64,000 nucleotides of DNA, taken from positions 27,480 to 91,479 of the forward strand of contig JAWSUS010000012.1 in NCBI GenBank assembly GCA_033549025.1, in the 5' to 3' direction. A model generated the notes under the pieces. That model saw only the letters and a program-made list of their open reading frames with translations, searched no databases and was not told the DNA's origin. Origin of the DNA: Desulfuromonadales bacterium (GTDB taxonomy: Bacteria; Desulfobacterota; Desulfuromonadia; Desulfuromonadales; SZUA-540). This document shows positions 30,353-41,404 of the stretch, piece by piece. The stretch's first letter is position 1. The number at the start of each line of letters is the position of its first letter. The translations under genes were made by a program, and so were the position numbers.

Positions 30353-30516
30353 GTCTTAAGCGCCTCCTTTTCGACCGCGCGCTAAAATACGCCTCTTTTT
30401 TTTTCAGGGCCAGAAAAATCCCGGGTGCCGCCGCAGAAGGCCATGCACATATCTGCCTGTCCTTATTTGTCCTCTCCCCTTGAATGAGGGCCGACGGACG
30501 ATATAGTGCTTCTATC

Positions 30517-30635
30517 CTAATATTCCCCTAACAAAAGACCCTTATTCCTTGTTCCTGCCCAGCTGTCGGACGAGGTCTGTTTCATCGGCGGAAAAACTCA
30601 TGAGCTTCTTACAGGCGGCTAACAAACCCCTAACA
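30517..30635 (+). promoter_or_regulatory. Putative Pho boxes upstream of pstS
   Basis: CTAATA/CTAACA (30517, 30528) and CTTACA/CTAACA/CTAACA (30608, 30619, 30630), all at 11-bp period. Confidence 0.65.
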
Positions 30636-30742
30636 GAAGCGAGGCAGAATCCGAACCGTAAAGAACGAAACAGAACGATCGCCGTCGCCGCTTTTACGTG
30701 TTTAAGCGGTATCTCAAAACGACACATCAGGAGAAAAGACAG

Positions 30743-31732
30743 ATGAAAAAAAATGTTTGGAAGAAGCTGGTTCTTGCCGCTGCCGTAGTGGCCGCAGCCA
30801 TGGTTTTTGCCGGTGGGTCCGCTGTCGCCGCGCAACTCAAAGTCGATCCCGCCCTGCCGGTCTACGCCAAGACCCAGGGGGTGAGCGGCAACCTCAACAG
30901 CATCGGTTCCGATACCCTGAACAACCTCATGACCTACTGGGCCGAAGGGTTCCGCAAGCAGTACCCCAACGTCAATATCCAGATTGAAGGCAAGGGCTCC
31001 AGCACCGCCCCCCCTGCCCTCATCGAAGGAACCGCCCAGATCGGCCCCATGTCCCGCAAAATGAAGACCTCCGAGATCGAGGCCTTCGAGAACAAATACG
31101 GCTTCAAGCCGCTGCAGATCGGCGTCGCCCTCGACTCCCTGGGCGTCTTCGTCAACAAGGATAACCCCATCAAGGAACTCTCCCTGCAGCAGATCGATGC
31201 GATCTTTTCCAAGAACCGCAAAGGGGGCTACTCGCAGGATATCCTGACCTGGAGCCAGGTGGGCGTAACCGGCTCCCTTGCCAATATGCCCATCAGCCTC
31301 TATGGCCGCAACTCGGCTTCTGGCACCTACGGGTACTTCAAAGACCACGCCCTCTTCAAAGGGGACTATAAGGACATCGTCAAGGAACAGCCCGGCAGCG
31401 CATCGGTCGTCCTCTCGGTGACGGAAGACAAGGCCGGTATCGGCTACTCGGGCATCGGTTATCTGACCTCGGGGGTCAAGGCCATCGCCCTGTCGGAAAA
31501 AGGCGGCCCGGCCTACGAGCCTACCTATGAAAATGTCCTCAGCGGCAAATACCCCCTGGGACGCATGCTCTACCTCTACGTTGCCAAAAAGCCCAATGAG
31601 CCGCTGCCCAAGATGCTTGAAGAGTTCATCAAGTTCGTGCTGTCCAAGGAAGGACAGGAGGTCGTAGTCAAGGACGGCTATCTCCCGCTGCCCGCCAAGG
31701 CCGCCCAGCAACAGCTCGACCTGCTCAAATAA
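30743..31732 (+). CDS. pstS: Phosphate ABC transporter substrate-binding protein
   Basis: Signal peptide, [19 protein letters not shown]. Confidence 0.95.
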   Translation: MKKNVWKKLVLAAAVVAAAMVFAGGSAVAAQLKVDPALPVYAKTQGVSGNLNSIGSDTLNNLMTYWAEGFRKQYPNVNIQIEGKGSSTAPPALIEGTAQIGPMSRKMKTSEIEAFENKYGFKPLQIGVALDSLGVFVNKDNPIKELSLQQIDAIFSKNRKGGYSQDILTWSQVGVTGSLANMPISLYGRNSASGTYGYFKDHALFKGDYKDIVKEQPGSASVVLSVTEDKAGIGYSGIGYLTSGVKAIALSEKGGPAYEPTYENVLSGKYPLGRMLYLYVAKKPNEPLPKMLEEFIKFVLSKEGQEVVVKDGYLPLPAKAAQQQLDLLK

Positions 31733-31828
31733 ACCGGCCAGACCCGGTAGCAACCCTGACAACCTGTCTGCCTGCCTTGCGGCCATCTAGCCGGGGGCAG
31801 GTAGACGCATGTTCAGGATTCTGGATGG

Positions 31829-34066
31829 ATGGATATGGATCAGAAGCTGCTGAAAAAAGTTAAACGACGCGACCGCATCGCGCGCTGGGTGATTACCGTT
31901 GGGGGCATGACCATCATTTTTGCCGTCATTTTCATCCTGCTCCTTATCGGGGAAGTCTCCCTCCCTCTGTTCAATCAACCGACGGCGGCGCCCGTGGCCC
32001 GCATCCACCCGGTCGATTCGCAGGGGGGCGAAGCGACCCTCGCGCTGGGCCTTGACGAGTATCTGGAGACGGCTTTCACCCTGTCGGCCGCCGGCGACTT
32101 CACCTTTTACGAAGTGGCCTCGGGTGAGATCACCGAACGGATCTCCCTGCGGCCTCCCGGTGCGCCGGAGGCCCACATCGTCGCCGTCGACAAATTCGGC
32201 CGCCAGGCTTATGGCCTGCTGTGGAGCGACGGCGTTCTGTCCATCGAGCAACTGCGTTTTTCGGCCCAGTGGGACAAGGAGCACAACCGGACCTTCGAGA
32301 TCGCCGTGGAGCGGGAAGGGGTCTTTGCGGCTCCCGAGGGGAACTTGCCAGTCATTTCCCGGGGACGGATTGCCGGCGATGGTACCCGCACCCGCGTCAG
32401 CCTCATGGACGACAACCGCCTGCTGCTCGACCAAGAGGCGGTGACCACGGATATCTTCGGCAACGAGGAGCGGATTCAATCCACGGCGGTTCTGGGCGAC
32501 GGAGAGCCGGACCGTCTCACCGCCCTGGCCCTCGACACCGAGGGGCGCGCCCTCTATGCCGGCACCGACCAGGGAGCTCTGCTGCGCTGGGATCTGAGCG
32601 AGGCGGGGAACCCCCGACTCGTGGAGCGGCAACAGGCTTTTCGGGACCGCCGCGCCATCACCGCCCTGGCCCTGGTCTTTGGCGATATTTCCCTTGCCGT
32701 CGGGGACGCGCAGGGGCAGCTGACTACCTGGTTTCCGGTACGCACCGACACGGAAGGTGGGGAGAAGCGCCTGCGCCGCATCCATACGCTGGCCGATCGC
32801 GGCAGCGCCGTGCGGGCCATCACCCCCTCGCACCGGGACAAGTCCCTGCTCAGCCTCGACGAGGAAGGGACGGTCTATCTCGATCATATGACCAGCGAAC
32901 GCCAGTTGCTGACCCTCGAAGGGCAGGAACCCCTGCGTACCGCCGCCCTCAATCTGCGGGGCACCGGCATCATCGCCCTCAATGCCAAGGGGGAGCTTGA
33001 AGCCTGGAGCGTGGACAATCCCCATCCCGAGGTGAGCTGGCGCACCCTCTTCGGCAAGGTCTGGTACGAAAGCTACGATGAACCCGCTTACGTCTGGCAG
33101 TCGTCGTCGGCTTCGGAGGATTTCGAACCCAAGCTCAGCCTGACGCCGCTGATTTTCGGCACCCTGAAGGGGACGTTCTACGCCATGGTCTTCGCCATCC
33201 CCCTGGCGCTGCTCGGGGCGATTTACACCAGCCAGTTCGGCCACCCGAAGCTCAAGCAGTACATCAAGCCGACGGTGGAGATCATGGCCGCCATCCCCAG
33301 CGTCATTATCGGCTTCCTCGCTGCCCTCTGGCTGGCCCCTATTGTGGAAAAGTCGGTGACGGCTATCTTCCTCAGCTTCCTCTTCGTGCCGACATCCTTC
33401 ATCCTCTTCTCCCTGCTCTGGCAGAAGCTGCGGGAAGTCGGTCCTTTGCGGAAAATTGAGAGGGGTTTCGAGTTCCTCACCTTTGCGCCGGTCATCGTCC
33501 TATCGGTGGCGGCGGCCTTCGCCATCGGGCCCCTGGTGGAAGCCTGGCTCTTCGGCGGCGACTTCCGTCTGTGGCTCTTTACCGAAATGGGGACGCGCTA
33601 CGACCCCCGCAACAACATCATCATCGCCTTCGCCCTCGGCTTCGCCGTCATCCCCATCATCTTCACGATTGCCGAGGACGCGCTCTCCAACGTACCCGGC
33701 AGCCTGAAGGCGGCCTCCCTGGCCATGGGCGCCAGCCGCTGGCAGACGGTGTGGCGGGTGATTCTGCCTTCGGCCAGTCCCGGCATCTTCGCCGGCATCA
33801 TGATCGGTTTCGGCCGCGCCATCGGCGAGACCATGATCGTGCTCATGGCCACGGGCAACACGGCCATCATGGATATGAGCATCTTCAACGGCATGCGGCC
33901 TTTGTCGGCCAATATTGCGGTCGAGATTCCGGAGGCGCCGGTGGCCAGCACGCTCTACCGGGTGCTGTTCCTGTCGGCTGTCATCCTCTTTCTCTTCACT
34001 TTCATTCTCAACACCATCGCCGAAGTGGTTCGGCAGCGGCTGCGCAAGAAATATGGCCGGTTTTAA
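31829..34066 (+). CDS. pstC: Phosphate ABC permease PstC with large beta-propeller-like periplasmic insert
   Basis: 745 aa; C-terminal permease (AIPSV, GRAIGETM) preceded by WD40-like repeats. Confidence 0.92.
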   Translation: MDMDQKLLKKVKRRDRIARWVITVGGMTIIFAVIFILLLIGEVSLPLFNQPTAAPVARIHPVDSQGGEATLALGLDEYLETAFTLSAAGDFTFYEVASGEITERISLRPPGAPEAHIVAVDKFGRQAYGLLWSDGVLSIEQLRFSAQWDKEHNRTFEIAVEREGVFAAPEGNLPVISRGRIAGDGTRTRVSLMDDNRLLLDQEAVTTDIFGNEERIQSTAVLGDGEPDRLTALALDTEGRALYAGTDQGALLRWDLSEAGNPRLVERQQAFRDRRAITALALVFGDISLAVGDAQGQLTTWFPVRTDTEGGEKRLRRIHTLADRGSAVRAITPSHRDKSLLSLDEEGTVYLDHMTSERQLLTLEGQEPLRTAALNLRGTGIIALNAKGELEAWSVDNPHPEVSWRTLFGKVWYESYDEPAYVWQSSSASEDFEPKLSLTPLIFGTLKGTFYAMVFAIPLALLGAIYTSQFGHPKLKQYIKPTVEIMAAIPSVIIGFLAALWLAPIVEKSVTAIFLSFLFVPTSFILFSLLWQKLREVGPLRKIERGFEFLTFAPVIVLSVAAAFAIGPLVEAWLFGGDFRLWLFTEMGTRYDPRNNIIIAFALGFAVIPIIFTIAEDALSNVPGSLKAASLAMGASRWQTVWRVILPSASPGIFAGIMIGFGRAIGETMIVLMATGNTAIMDMSIFNGMRPLSANIAVEIPEAPVASTLYRVLFLSAVILFLFTFILNTIAEVVRQRLRKKYGRF

Positions 34067-34078
34067 AGGACAGACTGT

Positions 34079-35674
34079 ATGAAAAAGTACTGGCGTGAAG
34101 GAGAACCCTTTGTCTGGGCCACCGGCGTGGCCCTGGGCATGACCCTGCTCATTGCCGCGACCCTGATCGTCGTGGTGCTGGTCAACGGCCTCGGTGTCTT
34201 CTGGCCCTCCGACGTGGCGATGGCCCGGCTGCACAGCGGCCAGACTGTCATCGGCGAGATCATCAAACGCGAACCGACCGCGTCGGGCGAGGGGGAACGG
34301 ATTCAGTTCAAGATCGGCAACCGGGATCTGTACGGCCTGGATTTCCGCTGGATCGACGAAGCGGATATCGCCGCCATGGACTATCCCGATGAAATAACGG
34401 TCATTGAGCGGGAAGAATACGGGAACTTCTACGGCACCCTGGTTCGGGTACAGACGCCGGCCGAGGAGTTCGCCCGGGCGCCGTTGGCCGAGCCTCTGGA
34501 AAAGCTGCTGGCCCAGGTGGAAAAAGAGGAAAAGCCCCTGGTGCGAAGCGGTGAAGAACTGAGGCGGCTGAACAGAGCAATGGAAAAGCTGCGGCGTCAG
34601 GAACTGAAGCTGGTCTACCAGGGAGTGGACGAGGCGGACTCCCGCCTGGTGGAGCTGCGCCAGCAGCAGGCCCTGCTGCGGGAAGATTTCGAGCAGATTG
34701 TGACGCAACAGGGACAAAAGGCGGCGGAACTGACGCGCTACAAGATCGTGGTGGCCGATGCCGGCGGTCAGGAAAAAGAGATCGAGGCCAGCCACATTGT
34801 GCGCTTTTACCAACCCAACGCGCTGTCCTGGCTGGATAAATCCCTGATCTATGCCGGCAAGCTGTGGGAGCTCATCTTCGGCGAACCGCGGGAATCCAAT
34901 ACGGAAGGGGGCCTCTTCCCAGCTATCTTCGGTACGGTCATGCTGATCTTCCTCATGACCCTGGTAACTTTCCCTCTGGGCGTCATCGCCGCGGTTTATC
35001 TGCGGGAATACGCCAAAGACGGTGTCGTCGTGCGCCTGGTGCGCATCGCCGTCAACAATCTGGCCGGTATCCCCTCCATTGTCTACGGCATCTTCGGACT
35101 GGGTTTCTTCGTGTACGGCATCGGCAGCACCATCGACAAAATCTTCTTCCCTGAACAGCTGCCGACCCCCACCTTCGGCACCGGCGGCATCCTCTGGGCC
35201 AGCCTGACCCTGGCATTGCTCACCGTGCCCGTGGTGATCGTGTCCACCGAGGAAGCGCTCGGGGCCATCCCCGCCGGGGTGCGCGAAGGTTCGCTGTCGC
35301 TGGGGGCGACCAAGTTCCAGACCCTGATGCGGACGCTGCTGCCCATGGCCTCGCCCGGTATTATGACGGGCCTGATTCTGGCCATGGCCCGCGCCGCCGG
35401 CGAGGTGGCGCCGCTGATGATCACCGGGGTGGTCAAATTGGCGCCGGCCCTGCCGCTGGACGGCAATTTCCCCTATATCCATCTGGATCGCAAATTCATG
35501 CACCTGGGATTTCATATCTACGACATCGGCTTCCAGTCGCCCAACGTCGAGGCCGCCAAACCCATGGTGTTTGTGACCACCCTGCTGCTGGTGCTTATCG
35601 TGCTGGTCATGAGCAGCGTGGCGATCTATCTGCGCAACAAGATGAAAAAGCGCTACACTTACGGCACCTTCTAA
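34079..35674 (+). CDS. pstA: Phosphate ABC permease PstA with extended N-terminal domain
   Basis: LAGIPSIVYG, ARAAGEVAPL; periplasmic coiled-coil insert. Confidence 0.93.
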   Translation: MKKYWREGEPFVWATGVALGMTLLIAATLIVVVLVNGLGVFWPSDVAMARLHSGQTVIGEIIKREPTASGEGERIQFKIGNRDLYGLDFRWIDEADIAAMDYPDEITVIEREEYGNFYGTLVRVQTPAEEFARAPLAEPLEKLLAQVEKEEKPLVRSGEELRRLNRAMEKLRRQELKLVYQGVDEADSRLVELRQQQALLREDFEQIVTQQGQKAAELTRYKIVVADAGGQEKEIEASHIVRFYQPNALSWLDKSLIYAGKLWELIFGEPRESNTEGGLFPAIFGTVMLIFLMTLVTFPLGVIAAVYLREYAKDGVVVRLVRIAVNNLAGIPSIVYGIFGLGFFVYGIGSTIDKIFFPEQLPTPTFGTGGILWASLTLALLTVPVVIVSTEEALGAIPAGVREGSLSLGATKFQTLMRTLLPMASPGIMTGLILAMARAAGEVAPLMITGVVKLAPALPLDGNFPYIHLDRKFMHLGFHIYDIGFQSPNVEAAKPMVFVTTLLLVLIVLVMSSVAIYLRNKMKKRYTYGTF

Positions 35675-35695
35675 ATACCCAGTGAGGACAGGTCC

Positions 35696-36478
35696 ATGTC
35701 AAAAAGCACACTCGTTACCATCGATGATCCCGTCATCGAGGTCAAAAATCTCAACTTCTACTACGGCTCCTCCCAGGCTCTGCACGACATCAGTCTCGCC
35801 TTTCCGCGGCGCCAGGTCACGGCCCTCATCGGCCCCTCGGGCTGCGGCAAGTCCACCTTTCTGCGCTGCCTCAACCGCATGAACGATCTGGTGGACGGCA
35901 CCCGGGTGGTGGGGAGCATGACCCTCAACGGCGTGGAGATCAATTCTTCGGCCATGGATGTCATCGAGTTGCGCCGCCGCGTCGGCATGGTCTTCCAGAA
36001 ATCCAACCCCTTCCCCAAATCGATTTACGAAAACGTCATCTACGGGCTGCGCATCGCCGGGGTGAAGAGCAAAACCACGCTGGACGAGACGGTGGAGAAG
36101 AGTCTCAGGGGGGCCGGGCTGTGGGATGAGGTCAAAGACCGTCTGCATCAGTCGGCTCTCGGTCTGTCCGGCGGGCAGATGCAGCGCCTGTGCATCGCCC
36201 GCGCCATCGCCGTCAATCCCGAGGTCATCCTCATGGACGAGCCCTGCAGCGCCCTCGACCCCAAATCAACAGCCCGGGTGGAAGAGCTCATTGGCGAACT
36301 GCGGGAGAACTACACCATCATCATCGTCACCCACAACATGCAGCAGGCGGCCCGGGTCTCCGACTATACCGCTTTTCTGTACGAAGGCCTTCTGGTCGAA
36401 TACGGCAAGACCAATGGCATTTTCATGAAGCCTAAGAATAAACAGACAGAAGACTATATTACCGGCCGCTTCGGTTAA
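35696..36478 (+). CDS. pstB: Phosphate ABC ATPase
   Basis: [29 protein letters not shown]. Confidence 0.96.
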   Translation: MSKSTLVTIDDPVIEVKNLNFYYGSSQALHDISLAFPRRQVTALIGPSGCGKSTFLRCLNRMNDLVDGTRVVGSMTLNGVEINSSAMDVIELRRRVGMVFQKSNPFPKSIYENVIYGLRIAGVKSKTTLDETVEKSLRGAGLWDEVKDRLHQSALGLSGGQMQRLCIARAIAVNPEVILMDEPCSALDPKSTARVEELIGELRENYTIIIVTHNMQQAARVSDYTAFLYEGLLVEYGKTNGIFMKPKNKQTEDYITGRFG

Positions 36479-36495
36479 GGAGAAAGAATCAGGCT

Positions 36496-37167
36496 ATGAC
36501 CATACATCTGCAGAAAGAACTGGATACACTGAAAAAGATGCTGCTGGGGCTCAGCGCCGTGGTGGAGGAGAGCGTCCACCAGGCCGTGGAATCCCTGGAG
36601 AAGTGCGACGTGGCGCTGGCCGAGAAGGTGATCGCCGGCGACACCCAGATCGACAACCTCGAAGTGGAGATTGAGGAGGAGTGCCTCAAGGCCCTGGCTC
36701 TCTATCAGCCCGTGGCCGTGGATCTGCGCTTCATCGTCGCCGTGCTCAAGATCAACAACGATCTGGAGCGCATCGGCGACCTGGCCACCAATATCGCCGA
36801 ACGCACCCTGGCATTGGCCTCCATCTGCCGGCTGGAGCCGCCTTTCGACTACCTCTCCATGGCGGCCAAGACCCAACGGATGCTGAAGATGAGCCTCGAC
36901 TCTCTGGTCGGTCTCGATGTCGTTCTGGCCAAAGAGGTGCAGAGCCTCGACGACGAGGTGGACCAGATGCACGCCGACAACTTCACCTTCATCAAGGCCG
37001 AAATGCGCCGCGACCCGGACAGCATCGACCACATCACCCAGTATCTCACCGTCTCCCGCCACCTCGAGCGCATCGCCGATCTGGCCACCAATATCGCCGA
37101 GGAGGTCTATTACCTCATCGAGGGCGAGATTGTCCGCCACACCAGCGACTGGGGGCCGAAATCCTAG
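36496..37167 (+). CDS. phoU: Phosphate signalling protein PhoU
   Basis: Duplicated LERIGD/LERIAD..ATNIAE motifs. Confidence 0.95.
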   Translation: MTIHLQKELDTLKKMLLGLSAVVEESVHQAVESLEKCDVALAEKVIAGDTQIDNLEVEIEEECLKALALYQPVAVDLRFIVAVLKINNDLERIGDLATNIAERTLALASICRLEPPFDYLSMAAKTQRMLKMSLDSLVGLDVVLAKEVQSLDDEVDQMHADNFTFIKAEMRRDPDSIDHITQYLTVSRHLERIADLATNIAEEVYYLIEGEIVRHTSDWGPKS

Positions 37168-37195
37168 CCTGCGTCGTGCTGTCTTCACTCCCACT

Positions 37196-37227
37196 GGCCG
37201 CCTCTTCCCTGAGGCGGCCTTTTTTTT
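37196..37227 (+). terminator. Intrinsic terminator of pst operon
   Basis: GGCCGCCTC-loop-GAGGCGGCC followed by a T8 run. Confidence 0.88.
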
Positions 37228-37343
37228 GAAGCGGATAAAGGATTTGTCGCCCCCGCTTGTTCCCGGTGAAAAACAGGGTACCTTTTAAGAGGCCGATTTT
37301 CCGTGGCAGTCAAAAGAGACCCTTGTTCACACCGGGAGTTTTC

Positions 37344-38930
37344 ATGTCTTTGGAATTGAGTACCAAATTCACCCTGGGAACCAGTGCGGTGGTATTGGTC
37401 GCCATGAGCTTCTTCGCCTTCATGACGATCAAGAATGTCAGGAACATGAGTACGGACAACGCCATCGAGCATGTCGAGCATCTGAGCGAAACCCTGCTCA
37501 GCACGACCCACTACGAGATGCTGGTGGATAATCGTGCCCGCGTTTACCAGATGATGGAAGAGGTCGGCGCTCAGGAGGGGATTTCCCGCATACGGCTGTT
37601 CAATAAGGATGGACTGATCAGCTTTTCCACGGCCAAGGAAGAAGTCGGCAGCACCCTGGATGTTGATTCCGAGGGGTGCAACGGCTGCCATATCGACAAC
37701 AAACCGCCCCATACCGATGTGCCGACAGAGGGGCGCGCCCGCTTTTTTTCCGAAGGGAACAACAATTTTCTAGGCGTAACCAAAGGCATCTACAACAAGC
37801 CGAGCTGTTATACCGCCGCCTGTCATGTCCACTCGGCCAGTGCTACGGTCCTCGGCACCCTGGATGTCATTATTCCTTTGAATCGCATGGAGGCCCAGAC
37901 TGCCGCCAGCCGCAATCAGATCGTTCTGCTGACCGTCTTTGTCTTGCTGCTGGTTTCCCTCAGTCTGGCTTTTTTGACCCACAAGCTGGTGAACGTGCCG
38001 GTCAATCGCCTGCTCTATCATACGCGGCGACTGGCCGATGGCGAGCTGGACAGCCGTGTTTCCACCGTGCCCTCCGATGAAATCGGCGAGCTGGCCCTGG
38101 CCTTTAACGACATGGCCCAGAACCTTCAGAAGGCGCAGCGGGAACTCAAAGAGTGGGCCAACACCCTGGAAGTAAAGGTTGAGGAACGCACTGCCCGCAT
38201 CCAGTCCATGCAGTCGAAGCTCGTCCGTTCGGAAAAGCTGGCGACGATCGGTGAACTGGTGGCCGGGATCGCCCATGAAATCAACAATCCCCTCACCGGG
38301 ATTCTTATGTATGCCTCCATGCTCGAAAGCGACCCCCGCCTGGATGCCGGCCTGAAAGACGATCTCGCCGTCGTGGTGCGGGAGACGCAGCGCTGTGCGG
38401 AAATCGTGCGGGGGCTGCTCGGTTTTTCGCGCGAATCCATCCCCCAAAAACGCCCGGAGTCCATCAACGGGGTCATGGAGAGGACGCTCTCTTTGATCGA
38501 AAGGCAGGCGGATTTCCAGAATATCCGGATTTCACGCGAATACGGCGAGGGACTGCCCCAGGTGCTGATTGATCCCAATCAACTGGAACAGGTGTTCATG
38601 AACATCCTCATCAACGCCAGTCAGGCCATGGAGGAAACGGGTGGCGGCAGTCTGAGTATCACGACGGGGACGGAGAGCGAGGGGCGGGGAGTCTTTGTCC
38701 GTATTGCCGATACGGGATGCGGTATCTCAGAAAAGAACCTGGCCCGTATCTTTGACCCCTTCTATACGACCAAGGAGAATCGCGGCACGGGGTTGGGTCT
38801 GTCGGTTTCCTACGGCATCGTGGAGAATCACGGCGGCCAGATCGAGGTTTCCAGCCAGGAGGGGAAGGGGACGACCTTTACCATTACGCTCCCCTTCAGC
38901 AACCCCGCCGCGGCACCCGCCGCCGGCTGA
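37344..38930 (+). CDS. Heme-c-containing sensor histidine kinase (NtrB-like core)
   Basis: Periplasmic CNGCH and CYTAACH, HAMP, AHEINNP, FDPFYTTK, GTGLGL. Confidence 0.92.
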   Translation: MSLELSTKFTLGTSAVVLVAMSFFAFMTIKNVRNMSTDNAIEHVEHLSETLLSTTHYEMLVDNRARVYQMMEEVGAQEGISRIRLFNKDGLISFSTAKEEVGSTLDVDSEGCNGCHIDNKPPHTDVPTEGRARFFSEGNNNFLGVTKGIYNKPSCYTAACHVHSASATVLGTLDVIIPLNRMEAQTAASRNQIVLLTVFVLLLVSLSLAFLTHKLVNVPVNRLLYHTRRLADGELDSRVSTVPSDEIGELALAFNDMAQNLQKAQRELKEWANTLEVKVEERTARIQSMQSKLVRSEKLATIGELVAGIAHEINNPLTGILMYASMLESDPRLDAGLKDDLAVVVRETQRCAEIVRGLLGFSRESIPQKRPESINGVMERTLSLIERQADFQNIRISREYGEGLPQVLIDPNQLEQVFMNILINASQAMEETGGGSLSITTGTESEGRGVFVRIADTGCGISEKNLARIFDPFYTTKENRGTGLGLSVSYGIVENHGGQIEVSSQEGKGTTFTITLPFSNPAAAPAAG

Positions 38931-38942
38931 GAAGGTGTTGCC

Positions 38943-40364
38943 TCAGCCGGGAATCCTGTCCCGGATGGATATGCCCTGCTTCTTGAGCAGCGCCTGAAAG
39001 TTCGGGCGCAGCATGCCGACTTCTTCCGCCGCCCGGGTGACATTCCAATTGTTCCTTTCCAGCGCGTCCAGCACGAAGGCCTTTTCCACCGGCATGACCG
39101 CCATCTCTCGTATCTTCTGTTTGGTCTCCTTCAGCTCTTCCGCCGTCTTGGGGATGAACTGACAGAAGGGGGCGCCGGCCTCATTCGTCTCTCCCGCCAG
39201 TTCCAGATTGTCGATCTCGATGACAGGTCCTTCCGCCAGCACGACGGCGCGCTCCAGGATGTTTTCCAGTTCGCGGACGTTGCCGGGGAAAGCGTGCTGG
39301 TTCAAATGCTCCATGGCGGCCGGCGAGAGACCGCGGATTTCCTTGCCCAGTTCGCGGGCGAACTTTTCCAGAAAAAACCGGGTCAACAGGGGGATATCGC
39401 TCGGCCGTTCGCGCAGGGGGGGCAGGTCGATGGGGATGATATTGAGCCGGAAGAAGAGGTCCTCGCGAAACTCACCCTTGGCGCACATTTCCCGCAGGTT
39501 GCGGTTGGTGGCGGCGATGAGCCGGATATTGATGGGGAGGGGCTTGTTGCCGCCGACGGGGGTGATTTCCCGCTCCTGCAGCACGCGGAGCAGCTTGGCC
39601 TGCGTCGTGAGGCTGATGTTTGAGATTTCGTCGAGAAAGAGGGTGCCGCCGTCCGCCACCTTGAACAGCCCCACCTTGCTCTGCACGGCGCCGGTGAAAG
39701 AGCCTTTCATGTGACCGAAAAGCTCGCTCTCCAGCAGGCTTTCGGCCAGCGAGGTGCAGTCGACGGCGACGAAGGGCTGGTCTTTGCGGGCGCTGTGATT
39801 GTGGATGGCGCGGGCGAGCAGTTCCTTGCCGGTGCCGCTCTCCCCGGTGATGAGCACGGTGCTGTCCGTGGGGGCCACCTGCAGGATTCGGCGGTAGACG
39901 CGCTCCATCTGGCGGCTCTCCCCCACAAAGAGATCGAAACCGGGATGCCGGCCGGGCGTGTCCCCCCGCACCGCCTTTTCAATCTGCGTGAGGCGATGTT
40001 TGAGGGCGGATGCGGTCAGTTGAAGGATCTGTTCCGGCGTGAAGGGCTTGGCCAGGTAATCGAAGGCGCCGAACTTCATGGCCTCGACGGCGGTCTCTAC
40101 CGTGGAGTACCCCGTGATGATGACGACGGGCACGTCCGGCTGCAGAATGCGGATGGCCTTGAGCACCTCCATGCCGCTCATCCCCGGCATTTTCAGGTCG
40201 GTAATGACCAGATCGAAATCGGCTGCCTGTAGGCGCTCGAGGGCCAGATTGCCGCTGGATGAGGTCTCGACCTGATAGCCGCCCTGGAGAAGTATTCGCC
40301 GTATCCCTTCCCGAATGACGCTCTCATCATCCACAACCAGGATATTGGCCTCGCCTTTTTTCAT
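38943..40364 (-). CDS. Sigma54-dependent response regulator (BccR-like by context)
   Basis: Receiver, [29 protein letters not shown], Fis HTH; divergent from a cbcBA-like operon. Confidence 0.93.
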   Translation of the reverse strand: MKKGEANILVVDDESVIREGIRRILLQGGYQVETSSSGNLALERLQAADFDLVITDLKMPGMSGMEVLKAIRILQPDVPVVIITGYSTVETAVEAMKFGAFDYLAKPFTPEQILQLTASALKHRLTQIEKAVRGDTPGRHPGFDLFVGESRQMERVYRRILQVAPTDSTVLITGESGTGKELLARAIHNHSARKDQPFVAVDCTSLAESLLESELFGHMKGSFTGAVQSKVGLFKVADGGTLFLDEISNISLTTQAKLLRVLQEREITPVGGNKPLPINIRLIAATNRNLREMCAKGEFREDLFFRLNIIPIDLPPLRERPSDIPLLTRFFLEKFARELGKEIRGLSPAAMEHLNQHAFPGNVRELENILERAVVLAEGPVIEIDNLELAGETNEAGAPFCQFIPKTAEELKETKQKIREMAVMPVEKAFVLDALERNNWNVTRAAEEVGMLRPNFQALLKKQGISIRDRIPG

Positions 40365-40566
40365 GGATAACCCCCTCTGTTGCACAAGATTTCCGCTGGG
40401 CAGAAAAAGAGATGTGGGGCGCGGAAGATGTAAAAAAACACGTTAAAAGATACCAAATTTAACCCCAAAAGCAATGAGGTTATTGCCCCACCGATGCGGA
40501 TTGAGATCGATGGCTTCCCGGTGTCGTGTTGGGCCTGATGGCCCAAACGGCAAAGAGCCAGAGAGC

Positions 40567-40687
40567 GTATATTTTCTTCATACAGGGTTTCTTCTGGCGA
40601 ATGGCCTTATTGTTTCAGGGGCTTAGAGATTCGCAGCCTGGCGAAACCGGCCGACCGGGCGAATCTTTCTGTATGAATAAATTATTC
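40567..40687. promoter_or_regulatory. Two GTAT-N9-ATAC candidate enhancer sites
   Basis: GTATATTTTCTTCATAC (40567-40583) and GTATGAATAAATTATTC (40671-40687, one mismatch). Confidence 0.55.
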
Positions 40688-40785
40688 ATGGACTCTCTCG
40701 CTAGGCAGTCAGGCCTGGGAATAGAGGGGTGAAAGACGCGTGAAAACAGGCGGTTAGGGTAGATTTGCTGCGGTAATAGCCCCCT

Positions 40786-40801
40786 TGGCACATTCGATGC
40801 T
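40786..40801 (+). promoter_or_regulatory. Sigma54 (-24/-12) promoter
   Basis: TGGCACATTCGATGCT, GG-N10-GC, 79 nt before the ATG at 40880. Confidence 0.75.
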
Positions 40802-40879
40802 CTGTATAACGCACGGGGGAAATCACCTTGGATCAGGGGAGGCAGGCCTGCCGGAGGGCAGGAGGAAGCGGTTACGGTT

Positions 40880-41326
40880 ATGAGCCAGGCGCACATTTTG
40901 ATTGTCGATGACGAGCAGGTGATCCGAAGCGGTCTGCAGAAGGTGCTCGAACGGGACGGCCAGCGGGTAACGGTGGCGAGCTGCGGCCAGCAGGCTTTGG
41001 CGAGTCTGCAGGAACACGCCTTCGACCTGGTCATCACCGACCTGAAGATGCCGGGCATGAGCGGACTCGAAGTACTCAAGACGATTCGTCGCCTGCAACC
41101 GGAGGTGCCTGTATTGATCGTCACCGGCTACGCGACGGCGGAGATGGCCACCGAGGCGCTGGTGTCCGGGGCATTCGATTTTTTATCCAAGCCGTTTACG
41201 CCGGGGCAGATTCTCTATCAGGCCAAAAGAGCCGTCGATTGGCGCCGAACGCAAAATGTCGAGCAGGCCGATCGCACTTCTTCTGTCGCGGACTGCTCTT
41301 TACCCGGGTCCCGGTTTTCATCGTGA
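40880..41326 (+). CDS. Single-domain response regulator receiver
   Basis: IVDDE, ITDLKMPGMSG, KPFT; very similar to the receiver of the adjacent sigma54 regulator. Confidence 0.9.
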   Translation: MSQAHILIVDDEQVIRSGLQKVLERDGQRVTVASCGQQALASLQEHAFDLVITDLKMPGMSGLEVLKTIRRLQPEVPVLIVTGYATAEMATEALVSGAFDFLSKPFTPGQILYQAKRAVDWRRTQNVEQADRTSSVADCSLPGSRFSS

Positions 41327-41404
41327 GTCTTATTGGTATAGTTGTTCGGGTGGTGCAAGACGCCCGTGAAGTTGCCGCCTTACTCATCCTGCAGGGAGTA
41401 CACC

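Noticed and set aside
41324..41341. Read-through fusion of the receiver (40880) with the in-frame sensor ORF
   Set aside because: A TAG stop follows four codons after the TGA, and the downstream gene has its own RBS and start.
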